37,462 nt of DNA, taken from positions 1-37,462 of the forward strand of contig JAZLCY010000015.1 of NCBI GenBank assembly GCA_045614485.1. Direction: 5' to 3'. How positions within the stretch are numbered: position 1 is the stretch's first letter; the number at the start of each line of letters is the position of its first letter. The notes below the pieces were generated by a model that was not told the origin of the DNA, searched no databases, and worked only from the letters and a program-made list of their open reading frames with translations. The DNA comes from Eubacteriales bacterium (GTDB lineage: Bacteria > Bacillota > Clostridia > Oscillospirales > CAG-272). Positions 19,071 through 27,258 of this stretch are shown piece after piece. The position numbers and the translations under genes are program-made.

Positions 19071-19099
19071 ATTATATCATAATAAAAATATTTTGTCAA
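19071..19099 (-). promoter_or_regulatory. sigma-A promoter for the cysS operon
   Basis: Perfect TTGACA - 17 bp - TATAAT with TG extension. Confidence 0.88.
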
Positions 19100-19171
19100 G
19101 TGCCTGCGCACACGTTGCGCATAATTTATGCAAAAAATTAAAAATATTTTGCACTTTTGAGCAATATTCTA

Positions 19172-19200
19172 TTGCATTTCACTCAGCTTTCTGTTAAAAT
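19172..19200 (+). promoter_or_regulatory. Probable sigma-A promoter for ftsK
   Basis: TTGCAT - 17 bp - TAAAAT with TG extension. Confidence 0.6.
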
Positions 19201-19252
19201 ATATAATTGAATTATTATGTGCGTGCACACGCAAATTCCCGGAGGACAAGCC

Positions 19253-22200
19253 ATGGCAGAAAACAAGAAAAAGAAAGAAAGGTCAGAAGCGACGATAGTA
19301 GCAATCAAATGGGTAGTACCCATTGTGCTTTTCGCAATGGCTCTTTTCATATCCTTTTGCTTTATCGTACAGGACGAAACTGCATATCTTAGCTACAAGA
19401 TCGCAGGAGCGATGCGCGGCTGTTTTTCTTATGCCTGCTACATGATTCCTCCGCTCCTTATCATTCAGGCTATATTCTTTGCATCCGACCTTGATAAAAA
19501 AAGGCTCGTGCCGAGAGTCATCCTGTCTGCCCTTTTGGTTGCAAGCACCTCGATGATGATCCATCTGATCAAAGAATGGCCTTTGCCGAACAATGGGCTT
19601 TCAATCAATGCGGCAGATCTTTATAACGCATCCGTGCTTTACAATCGCGGAGGCGGTCTTGTTGGCGGCGCGATGGCAATCTTTCTCAGATTTTTCATTG
19701 GCAGAGCCGGCATTATAATCTTCTTTGCCACCGTGATCGCTCTTTATGCGGTGTTCTTTATTACCAAGAGCAAGAATCCTATCACAATAATCGGCCGCGC
19801 ACTGCTTTATACATTTGTAAAAACAGCCGCTAAGATCGAGAAACACATCAAGAGTAAGTTTGAAGAAACTCAGGCTACAAGAAAGATACGTGCCGAGGAG
19901 AGGAAGCGCGCATCCGAGAGAAAAAAACACAAGAGGATCGAAAGAAAGGCCGAAGCTCTGATGGAAAAGGAGGCCGACCTTTACGATGACGAGTTCTTTG
20001 AGGTTGACAACGGTCTTAAGGAATTCAAAATAGACGATCTTGGCATCAAGGAGACGAGAAGCGATGCCGATCTTGAGATGAACCCAAGCTTCCAGGATAA
20101 AGTTTTCCATCCTTTGCGCGTTGAAGACCAGGAAGGCACACACAAGGTCAACAACAGAAAGCTTTTCAATGCAGACTACGGCATGGACGCGAATAACGAC
20201 TCCTACAACCCCGTTACAAGACAGGCAAATAAGACTACATACGACTCTCAGGATGACAGTGCCGACAACGTGTTCAGCGAGGATTTTGATGAATTCGACT
20301 GCGAAGCAAACACAAAGTTTGCATCAATGCAATCTTCCGCACCCGAACAGGAGCCCGAATCTATCTCTCCCAAGTTTGAAAGGCGCTCGTTCAGTGAAGA
20401 TGATATAGCTGCCGCAAGAAAACGCGCAGATTTCAACTACTCATCCCACGAATACAAAACATCAACCAATACATATGCACAGAATCCGGTAAAGCAGGAA
20501 AAACCCTTTACCCCCACCTCGTTCGAGTTTGACATCAACCCCGACAAAGCTCCTGTAATCGAGGAGTATCATACAAACGAAAGCATTACCGTTCAGAACG
20601 AAGCAAGAGTTCAGGACGATGCACACGCATACAAACGCGCCGCGGAATATGCAACCCTGCTCAGCAACCAGGCTGCAGAAAGAGAAGCTGCCGAGAAATT
20701 GGCACAAGAGAGAGCACTTGCCGCCGAAAAGGCCGCAAGAGAAGCCGAAAGAGCTGCTGAAGAGAGGGCCGCGGCAGCTGAAAGAGCCGCGCTCGAAAGA
20801 GCCGCTGAGGCAGAGCGGATAGCAAAGGAAAGAATCGCTTCATCAACTCACGAAGCAGCAAAGATCTCCCCCGAACTCACTGCATATACCGACGATACGG
20901 ACGAAGACGAGTTTGAGAACGGTTTTGATTTTGAAACCAACGATAATGACGAGATCTTTACCGGCGACGTAGAAAAGCCTACGGTAAACGTGGCTTCCCT
21001 TCTTGGCGATGCGGATAGCGATGATGAAGAAGAGGACGAATTTACATTCACCGAGAATAGCGGCGAAGATATTCCTCCCGAAAAGCAGAATCCTGTAGTT
21101 TCCGAATATCAGAAGATGTTCTCTATCTTCGAGGAAAAGAAGGAAGATGAGGACGACGAATATGCCGCCGGAATATCGTTTGACAGCGACGAGGAAGAAA
21201 AAACCGTTGATGACAAGCGCCCCTTGTTCACATACGGCGAGGATATTGACGACGTTACACCTACCGTCAGTGTAAAAGATGACGTTCCTTTTGATTTTGA
21301 TACTGTTACAAGCAACGATGACGATGAGGATGACGATTACGTCAAAGACGAAGTCCAAAAGCCGGACTATTCAAACTTTGAATTCCCGCCCATCGACATA
21401 CTAAAAAAAGGATTTGAGGAAGAAGATCCGACCATCGCCGGAGAGATCGAAGAGAACGGCGACAAGCTCATCGATGCTCTCGCTCAGTTTGACGTTCGCG
21501 CTTCGATCAAGAGTGTTGACAGAGGTCCTCGAATCACGAGATATGAGATCGTACCCGCCCGCGGTGTACGTGTTAACAAGGTTATCGGCCTGTTTGACGA
21601 TATTGCACTTAACCTTGCCGCAGAGGGAATCCGTATGGAAGCTCCCATTCCCGGAAAGAGCGCAATAGGCGTTGAGATACCCAACAAGCATCCGAGCACG
21701 GTATTCCTGCGCGATCTGCTTGAGTCGGACGAGTTTGTTAACGAAAGTTCAAAGACGTTCGCTTGCTTCGGCAAGGACGTTACCGGAAACCCTGTTTTCG
21801 GCGATATTGCCAAGATGCCGCATATCCTTGTAGCCGGTGCTACAGGTATGGGTAAGTCGGTATGTATCAACTCTATTCTTATCAGTATTCTTTACAAGGC
21901 AAGACCCGACGAGGTCAAGTTCATAATGATCGACCCCAAGACCGTTGAATTCACAATGTATAACGGTATTCCCCACCTCCTTGTTCCCGTTGTTACAGAT
22001 GCAAAGCAGGCGGCAGGTGCGCTTATGTGGGCGATCGACGAAATGAACAGAAGATATGAACTTATGGCTAAGCACGAGGTTAGAAAGCTTGATTCGTACA
22101 ATGATATTGTACGCGAGAACCCCTCGCTTGGAGAAGTGCTTCCCAAGATCATCATCGTAATAGACGAGCTTAACGACCTAATGCAGCAGGTTCGCCGCCC

Positions 22201-22876
22201 CGTTGAGGCGCTTATCACAAACATCACGCAGAAGGCACGCGCGGCCGGCATACATATGATAATCGGTACACAGCGCCCGTCTGTTGACGTTATTACCGGT
22301 GTTATTAAAGCCAACATTCCCTCACGTGTGTCCTGTAAGGTTACCTCCTTTACCGACTCCAAGACCATTCTTGACCAGGCAGGCGCAGAAAAGCTTCTTG
22401 ACAAGGGTGATATGCTCTTTGCCCCTGTTGGCAAGCCTAAGCCTATAAGAGTACAGGGCGCATTCGTTGCCGACAGCGAGGTTGAAAAGATCATGAAATT
22501 CCTTAAGTCGAACGTTAAGGGCAACATCTACGACGAGCGAGCACTTGAGGATATGATCAGGGCCGCGCAGAAGTGCACCAAGGGTAAGGATTCACCCGAA
22601 GGAATGGATGAGGACGAAAAGAGCGAAGAAGGTGTTGGATACCTCAACGACAAGCAGTTCCTTGAGGCTGTTGACCTTGCAATCAAGCAGGGCAAGATCT
22701 CCACTTCCCTTATTCAGAGAAAGATCAGCGTAGGATACGGTAAAGCCGCAAAATTCATAGACATTATGGAAGAAATGGGCCTTGTAAGCGAGCCGAACGG
22801 CTCTAAGCCCCGCGACATACTCGTTACTCGCGACGAATGGCACGAAATGCTTTCAAGACGTAGTCTTGATGATTAA
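19253..22876 (+). CDS. ftsK: DNA translocase FtsK/SpoIIIE
   Basis: N-terminal TMs, long linker, 'PHILVAGATGMGKS', 'IVIDELNDLM', 'TQRPSVD' and gamma domain 'STSLIQRK..VGY.KAA'. ATG 19253 follows GGAGGA. Confidence 0.96.
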   Translation: MAENKKKKERSEATIVAIKWVVPIVLFAMALFISFCFIVQDETAYLSYKIAGAMRGCFSYACYMIPPLLIIQAIFFASDLDKKRLVPRVILSALLVASTSMMIHLIKEWPLPNNGLSINAADLYNASVLYNRGGGLVGGAMAIFLRFFIGRAGIIIFFATVIALYAVFFITKSKNPITIIGRALLYTFVKTAAKIEKHIKSKFEETQATRKIRAEERKRASERKKHKRIERKAEALMEKEADLYDDEFFEVDNGLKEFKIDDLGIKETRSDADLEMNPSFQDKVFHPLRVEDQEGTHKVNNRKLFNADYGMDANNDSYNPVTRQANKTTYDSQDDSADNVFSEDFDEFDCEANTKFASMQSSAPEQEPESISPKFERRSFSEDDIAAARKRADFNYSSHEYKTSTNTYAQNPVKQEKPFTPTSFEFDINPDKAPVIEEYHTNESITVQNEARVQDDAHAYKRAAEYATLLSNQAAEREAAEKLAQERALAAEKAAREAERAAEERAAAAERAALERAAEAERIAKERIASSTHEAAKISPELTAYTDDTDEDEFENGFDFETNDNDEIFTGDVEKPTVNVASLLGDADSDDEEEDEFTFTENSGEDIPPEKQNPVVSEYQKMFSIFEEKKEDEDDEYAAGISFDSDEEEKTVDDKRPLFTYGEDIDDVTPTVSVKDDVPFDFDTVTSNDDDEDDDYVKDEVQKPDYSNFEFPPIDILKKGFEEEDPTIAGEIEENGDKLIDALAQFDVRASIKSVDRGPRITRYEIVPARGVRVNKVIGLFDDIALNLAAEGIRMEAPIPGKSAIGVEIPNKHPSTVFLRDLLESDEFVNESSKTFACFGKDVTGNPVFGDIAKMPHILVAGATGMGKSVCINSILISILYKARPDEVKFIMIDPKTVEFTMYNGIPHLLVPVVTDAKQAAGALMWAIDEMNRRYELMAKHEVRKLDSYNDIVRENPSLGEVLPKIIIVIDELNDLMQQVRRPVEALITNITQKARAAGIHMIIGTQRPSVDVITGVIKANIPSRVSCKVTSFTDSKTILDQAGAEKLLDKGDMLFAPVGKPKPIRVQGAFVADSEVEKIMKFLKSNVKGNIYDERALEDMIRAAQKCTKGKDSPEGMDEDEKSEEGVGYLNDKQFLEAVDLAIKQGKISTSLIQRKISVGYGKAAKFIDIMEEMGLVSEPNGSKPRDILVTRDEWHEMLSRRSLDD

Positions 22877-22891
22877 TCCAGGAGAAAAAAC

Positions 22892-23431
22892 ATGATAGCT
22901 ATTTTACTTGCAGACGGATTTGAAGAAATAGAAGCACTTACACCGCTTGACGTTTTAAGAAGAGCGGGACTTGATGCTAAGACTGTGGCGATCGGAAGCA
23001 AGATCGCAGTTGGTTCTCACAAGATACCTGTGATATGCGACCTTCTTGCAAACGAGGTTGAACCCAACGACGTCAGCATGCTTATACTTCCCGGCGGAAT
23101 GCCCGGAAGCCTTAATCTTGATGCAAGTGAAATTACCGACAAGCTTATTTCCGCCGTTACAAAAAACGGCGGAAGGATAGCGGCTATCTGCGCCGCTCCG
23201 CTTATTCTTGGCAGGCGAGGACTGCTTGAAGGCAAGGAAGCTACCTGCTACCCCGGCTTTGAAAACGAACTAAAAGGCGCTACAATTAGCGAAAAGCCGG
23301 TTATTACCGACGGCAACGTTACCACTGCCAAAGGCATGGGTGTTGCACTTGAATTTGCACTTGAGCTTGTCCGTGTAACTCTTGGAGAGAAGGTTGCAAG
23401 CGAGATAGGTGCTTCTGTAATGAAGGCATAA
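22892..23431 (+). CDS. DJ-1/PfpI (YajL/ThiJ) family protein
   Basis: 'GFEEIEA', 'LPGG.PG', nucleophile motif 'AAICAAP' and 'ATCYPG'. Confidence 0.93.
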   Translation: MIAILLADGFEEIEALTPLDVLRRAGLDAKTVAIGSKIAVGSHKIPVICDLLANEVEPNDVSMLILPGGMPGSLNLDASEITDKLISAVTKNGGRIAAICAAPLILGRRGLLEGKEATCYPGFENELKGATISEKPVITDGNVTTAKGMGVALEFALELVRVTLGEKVASEIGASVMKA

Positions 23432-23475
23432 AAACTACTTTATCGCCGCCCGAAAGGATGGCACGGAGAATACTA

Positions 23476-24120
23476 ATGGTTATTACACCTAAAGAGACAC
23501 ATATAGCGTACAGATGCCCCCACTGCGGAGATCTTATTTACGGATTCGTTGGTAAATTTGCTCTTGCGGCAGGAATGGTAAGGCTTAAATGCAGCTGCGG
23601 TGAATCCTACCTCGATGCTACGGCAACGCAGGACGGAAAAATGCGCCTCAGCGTGCCCTGCCTGTTCTGTAAGCAAAACCACAACTATACAGTTTCACAA
23701 AGCATATTTTTCGGAAGGGACATTTTCCTGTTGAACTGCCCCTATTCCAATATGGACATTTGCTTTATCGGTGATAAGGACAAATGCGATATTGAGGCAG
23801 AAAGAACCGAAAAAGAGCTGCAAAGATTACTTCTTGACCTTGAGGCAGAAGAGCTTAAAGACATTCAGCCCCAGGACGTTGACGATGAGGAGATCCTTCC
23901 CGATCCTACAGTTTACGATGCGATAAGATTTCTTGTTAAGGAGCTTGAGGCGGATGGCAAGATAGACTGCCCCTGCCACAGCGGATCTTATGATTTAAGA
24001 TTTTGCAAGGAAGGCATTCAAGTGTATTGCCCCACCTGCGGAACAACGCACACCTTTAATACGGAGGCGGTTGCGGCAAGTGAGGAATACCTTGATCTTG
24101 ATTCACTTTATCTCTCTTAA
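23476..24120 (+). CDS. Cys-rich hypothetical protein, probably multi-zinc-binding
   Basis: CPHC, CSC, CLFC..H, CPCH and CPTC motifs. ATG 23476 follows GGAGA. Confidence 0.75.
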   Translation: MVITPKETHIAYRCPHCGDLIYGFVGKFALAAGMVRLKCSCGESYLDATATQDGKMRLSVPCLFCKQNHNYTVSQSIFFGRDIFLLNCPYSNMDICFIGDKDKCDIEAERTEKELQRLLLDLEAEELKDIQPQDVDDEEILPDPTVYDAIRFLVKELEADGKIDCPCHSGSYDLRFCKEGIQVYCPTCGTTHTFNTEAVAASEEYLDLDSLYLS

Positions 24121-24123
24121 CTT

Positions 24124-24684
24124 TCACAAATAATAATCCACGATACCGCGATATATTCCCTCGGCAAAAAGCCCGGGTGAATATGCCATAAGCTCTGCCT
24201 CATACCTGTTGGTGATGAATCCCATTTCAACAAGAACAGCAGGCATCGCGGTGCGCTTGAGAACGTAAAGGCCGGGCCTTTCTACTACACCCCTGTTTCT
24301 CAGCCCCGTTACCTGCGTTAGTTCGGCCAGAATACTTTCTGCAAGGCCGAGTGCCGTTCTTGAAGAGCGGCTAAAGATCAGAGCTTCGGTGCCGTTCGCC
24401 GCAGGATTCGGGGATGCGTTGGTGTGAAGAGAAACGAATACGTCTGCCCCCCACGAATTTGCTTCCCTTACTCTTTCGGTGAGGCTTGAGGCATTCGACG
24501 TGCCGCGCAAGGTATCCGGTGTGGGACGGGATAGCCTTGGCTCAAAGTTCGGGTTATTCAGCAACAGCCCGTACAGGATCCTTCCTACCTCGTAGGTTAT
24601 ATCCTGCTCGTAAAAGCCGTTGCCCTCAGCACCCGTATTGTATTCTCTTGGGTTATGACCCTGATCAACATAAATTTTTATCAT
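24124..24684 (-). CDS. N-acetylmuramoyl-L-alanine amidase (Amidase_3, catalytic domain only)
   Basis: 'VDQGH', 'E.DIT', 'FVSLHTN' and 'PAVLVEMGFITN'. No signal peptide or wall-binding domain; AGGAG RBS. Confidence 0.93.
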   Translation of the reverse strand: MIKIYVDQGHNPREYNTGAEGNGFYEQDITYEVGRILYGLLLNNPNFEPRLSRPTPDTLRGTSNASSLTERVREANSWGADVFVSLHTNASPNPAANGTEALIFSRSSRTALGLAESILAELTQVTGLRNRGVVERPGLYVLKRTAMPAVLVEMGFITNRYEAELMAYSPGLFAEGIYRGIVDYYL

Positions 24685-24709
24685 ACTACGCTCCTATGCT
24701 TTTTATAAC

Positions 24710-24737
24710 AATATATTCGGAGCAAAGGATTTCTGTT
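24710..24737 (-). promoter_or_regulatory. Possible mother-cell (SigK/SigE-type) promoter for the amidase
   Basis: Minus strand ACA - 16 bp - AATATATT resembles AC-N16/17-CATAnnnT. Confidence 0.35.
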
Positions 24738-24738
24738 A

Positions 24739-25497
24739 ATGAATGAAATGAAAAGAATGCTCAGCTTTGTAAGAAGAGCTGTTGATGACTATAAAATGAT
24801 AGAGGACGGCGACAAAATTGCCGTTGGTGTATCCGGAGGAAAGGACTCACTGACACTGCTTGCCACTTTAGCCTCGCTCAGAAGATTTTACCCGAAAAAG
24901 TTCGATATAGTTGCTATAACGATCGATATGGGATTTGAGGGCGGCAACTTCGCCCCAGTTAAAGAATATTGCGATTCGCTTGACGTTGAATACAAGGTTG
25001 TTCCAACAGAGATAGCGAAGATCATTTTCGACGTGCGAAAGGAATCAAACCCCTGCTCTCTGTGTGCTAAAATGCGCCGCGGAGCACTCCACGCCGCAGC
25101 AACGGATTTCGGGTGCAACAAGGTTGCACTCGGCCACCACTATGACGATGCCGTTGAAACTTTTATTATGAACCTGTTTTTCGAAGGCAGGATCGGTTGT
25201 TTTTCGCCGGTTACATACCTATCAAACAGAAAAATAAGTCTGATAAGACCTATGATATACGCGCAGGAAAAGGACGTTGAGTATTTTATCAGAAAGCAAG
25301 AAAACGTTCCTGTTATCAAGAGCCTTTGCCCCGAGGATCACGCAACCGAAAGGGAGAATATAAAACAGCTGTTATCCCAGCTTGAAAAGGAAAACCGGGG
25401 GCTTAAGCACCGGATCTTCCACGCAATATGCAAAGGACACGTTGACGGATTTATGCCTACGGGCAGATACCCCGATGCGGGAAAAATAGAAGAATAA
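24739..25497 (+). CDS. ttcA: tRNA 2-thiocytidine(32) synthetase TtcA family
   Basis: PP-loop SGGKDS, 'PCSLC..MRRG.L', 'ALGHH.DD' and 'IRP'. The start may be 24748. Confidence 0.85.
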   Translation: MNEMKRMLSFVRRAVDDYKMIEDGDKIAVGVSGGKDSLTLLATLASLRRFYPKKFDIVAITIDMGFEGGNFAPVKEYCDSLDVEYKVVPTEIAKIIFDVRKESNPCSLCAKMRRGALHAAATDFGCNKVALGHHYDDAVETFIMNLFFEGRIGCFSPVTYLSNRKISLIRPMIYAQEKDVEYFIRKQENVPVIKSLCPEDHATERENIKQLLSQLEKENRGLKHRIFHAICKGHVDGFMPTGRYPDAGKIEE

Positions 25498-25514
25498 TAT
25501 TTTAGGAGACCAAA

Positions 25515-26387
25515 ATGAAAAAGATCTTAGCATTTATACTCACTCTTACAACAGCTCTTACCCTTATATTCTCACTCACGGCATGCTCCGGCACTGCATC
25601 GGAGGCAGAGGAAGATGAAGAGCTCGACGAAACCTTTATCAAGCGCTTCGACTTCGAATTGACCGAGGACGAAAAGGCATACGTTGTTACCGGCTACGGC
25701 GTTCAGTTTGAGAAGGAGATCACGATCCCCTCAACACACGAGGACTTGCCCGTTATCGGCATCGGAAAGATGGCATTTAAGGAAAACAGCACTATTACAA
25801 AGGTAGTGATCCCCGACTCGATAACCTACATTGAAGCAGAAGCATTCTACGGATGCCCCAACCTTACAAGCGTTACTCTTGGCTCAGGTATCAAAACCAT
25901 AGGCAAGGCAGCATTCGAAAAGTGCAATCTTGTTAAGAGCTTCACCCTTCCCGAGGGACTTACAGAAATAGGTGCAAGAGCTTTTGCGGGCTGTACAGCT
26001 ATCGAATCGATTAACATCCCCACAACCGTAACCAAGGTTGGTGAACGCGCTTTCCAGAGCACCAAGTACATGATGCAGGGCGCAGACAACTATTTCCACG
26101 GTGTATTTGTTCTTGACAAATGGGTTATCCACACCGATAGAGATCTTGTTGATGCCAACCTTCCTGACAACGTTGTTGGAATTGCAGACAATGCATTTTT
26201 CCGTGCTGAATCTCTCGAGATACTTGAGATCCCTGCAAGCGTTAAGTATATAGGCGAGAACGCGTTCAGCTCCTGTTCTTCACTTAAAACAGTTACCTAT
26301 CCGCTCACCTACATGATGTGGCTTAATATAGATATCGGCAGCGGAAACGAAAACCTCAAGAATGCGAACCTTGATTACAAAATTTAA
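25515..26387 (+). CDS. BspA-type (LRR_5) leucine-rich-repeat lipoprotein
   Basis: Lipobox LTAC; repeated 'IP.S.T.I...AF..C..L.S'. Confidence 0.9.
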   Translation: MKKILAFILTLTTALTLIFSLTACSGTASEAEEDEELDETFIKRFDFELTEDEKAYVVTGYGVQFEKEITIPSTHEDLPVIGIGKMAFKENSTITKVVIPDSITYIEAEAFYGCPNLTSVTLGSGIKTIGKAAFEKCNLVKSFTLPEGLTEIGARAFAGCTAIESINIPTTVTKVGERAFQSTKYMMQGADNYFHGVFVLDKWVIHTDRDLVDANLPDNVVGIADNAFFRAESLEILEIPASVKYIGENAFSSCSSLKTVTYPLTYMMWLNIDIGSGNENLKNANLDYKI

Positions 26388-26409
26388 TTTATAATTTTGC
26401 ACCCCGATA

Positions 26410-26444
26410 AAAAAGAGGATGAAGGAGATTTTCATCCTCTTTTT
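26410..26444 (+). terminator. Intrinsic terminator after the LRR lipoprotein
   Basis: AAAAAGAGGATGAA/TTCATCCTCTTTTT inverted repeat. Confidence 0.85.
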
Positions 26445-26489
26445 ATTATAAAATCAATTAAAATTTAACACGGGGGCGCACAAAATGAG

Positions 26490-26527
26490 AAAAAGGCAAG
26501 CGAGATTCACATCTCACTTGCCTTTTT
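26490..26527 (-). terminator. Intrinsic terminator after the HPr-like gene
   Basis: Minus-strand stem GGCAAGTGAGAT/ATCTCGCTTGCC followed by TTTTT. The + strand C-A mismatch becomes a U-G pair only on minus, which orients it. Confidence 0.85.
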
Positions 26528-26544
26528 ATTATAGAAAATACAAA

Positions 26545-26775
26545 TTACTCAGCCTTGAATTTTGCGATGTTCTCAAAAAACGCAACGCCCGACTCGGTGT
26601 GTGCAACAACAGTTATCGGGGAAAGAAGATCGAGAGAGAAAATACCCATAATAGACTTTGCATCAATTATGTATCTTCCCTGAACGAGGTCAACCTCAAA
26701 ATCTGCAAGAATAACCATATTTACAAACTCTCTTACCTCCTGAATGGTAAAAAGCTTGATTTTCATTTCCTTCAT
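26545..26775 (-). CDS. Short HPr-family protein lacking His15
   Basis: 'IDAKSIMGIFSL' Ser46 motif is present; no GLHARP. AAGGAGA RBS. Confidence 0.88.
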   Translation of the reverse strand: MKEMKIKLFTIQEVREFVNMVILADFEVDLVQGRYIIDAKSIMGIFSLDLLSPITVVAHTESGVAFFENIAKFKAE

Positions 26776-26807
26776 TTCGAAATCTCCTTTACAGTTTTAT
26801 CGATTTA

Positions 26808-26836
26808 ATTATATCAAAGACAAATGCTTTTGTCAA
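26808..26836 (-). promoter_or_regulatory. sigma-A promoter for the HPr-like gene
   Basis: Perfect TTGACA - 17 bp - TATAAT with TG extension. Confidence 0.88.
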
Positions 26837-26982
26837 TCTTATTTTTCGGTTATTCTGTCATTTATTTGACGACTGCACACGACTCTTTTCGATTTTAACG
26901 AACAAGACCGTCATCGGTGCGCGCACGCACACGTTAGAATGCGTACAAAATGTAATAAAATATTTAAATTTTATTAAAGTGC

Positions 26983-27011
26983 TTGACTTTAAAATAGCTT
27001 TATGATAATAT
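26983..27011 (+). promoter_or_regulatory. sigma-A promoter for the thrS leader
   Basis: TTGACT - 17 bp - TAATAT with TG extension, directly before the T-box. Confidence 0.7.
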
Positions 27012-27013
27012 AT

Positions 27014-27226
27014 AGCACAGTGGAACAAGCCGGCGTGAAACGCACCGCACAGAGAGCCGCCCAGATGCTGAGAGGGTGGACCTTGACGCCCGTTACGGTA
27101 CCGCCCACCGCACAAAAAGTGCACAATTTATATTTTTTGAGTTAATCGCTCGGGTGGAACCGTGCGGGACTGTTGTCCTCACCCCGAAGACGTTGTTGTC
27201 TTTGTGGATGAGGTTTTTTATTTTTT
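27014..27226 (+). promoter_or_regulatory. T-box riboswitch (Thr)
   Basis: AGAGAG and GCTGAGA Stem I motifs; ACC (Thr) specifier candidate at 27100-27102; T-box GGTGGAACCGTG (27153-27164) with antiterminator partner CACCCCG; terminator CCTCA...TGAGG-TTTTTT. Confidence 0.93.
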
Positions 27227-27258
27227 ACACTGTTAATCGAAGAAAGGACATATACACT

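Noticed and set aside
19107-19116. CGCACACGTT shared with 26926-26935, near two aaRS promoters
   Set aside because: A 10-mer with inconsistent orientation and distance; insufficient evidence.
24739-25497. TtcA missing one Cys of the second CxxC
   Set aside because: Three cluster-ligating cysteines (CSLC plus the distal Cys) appear retained, which suffices in E. coli TtcA.
26953-26976. AT-only inverted repeat TAATAAAAT/ATTTTATTA
   Set aside because: Low complexity and located where an UP element is expected.
27076-27258. 61-aa N-terminal extension of ThrRS
   Set aside because: It is the T-box leader; the real ATG with RBS is at 27259.
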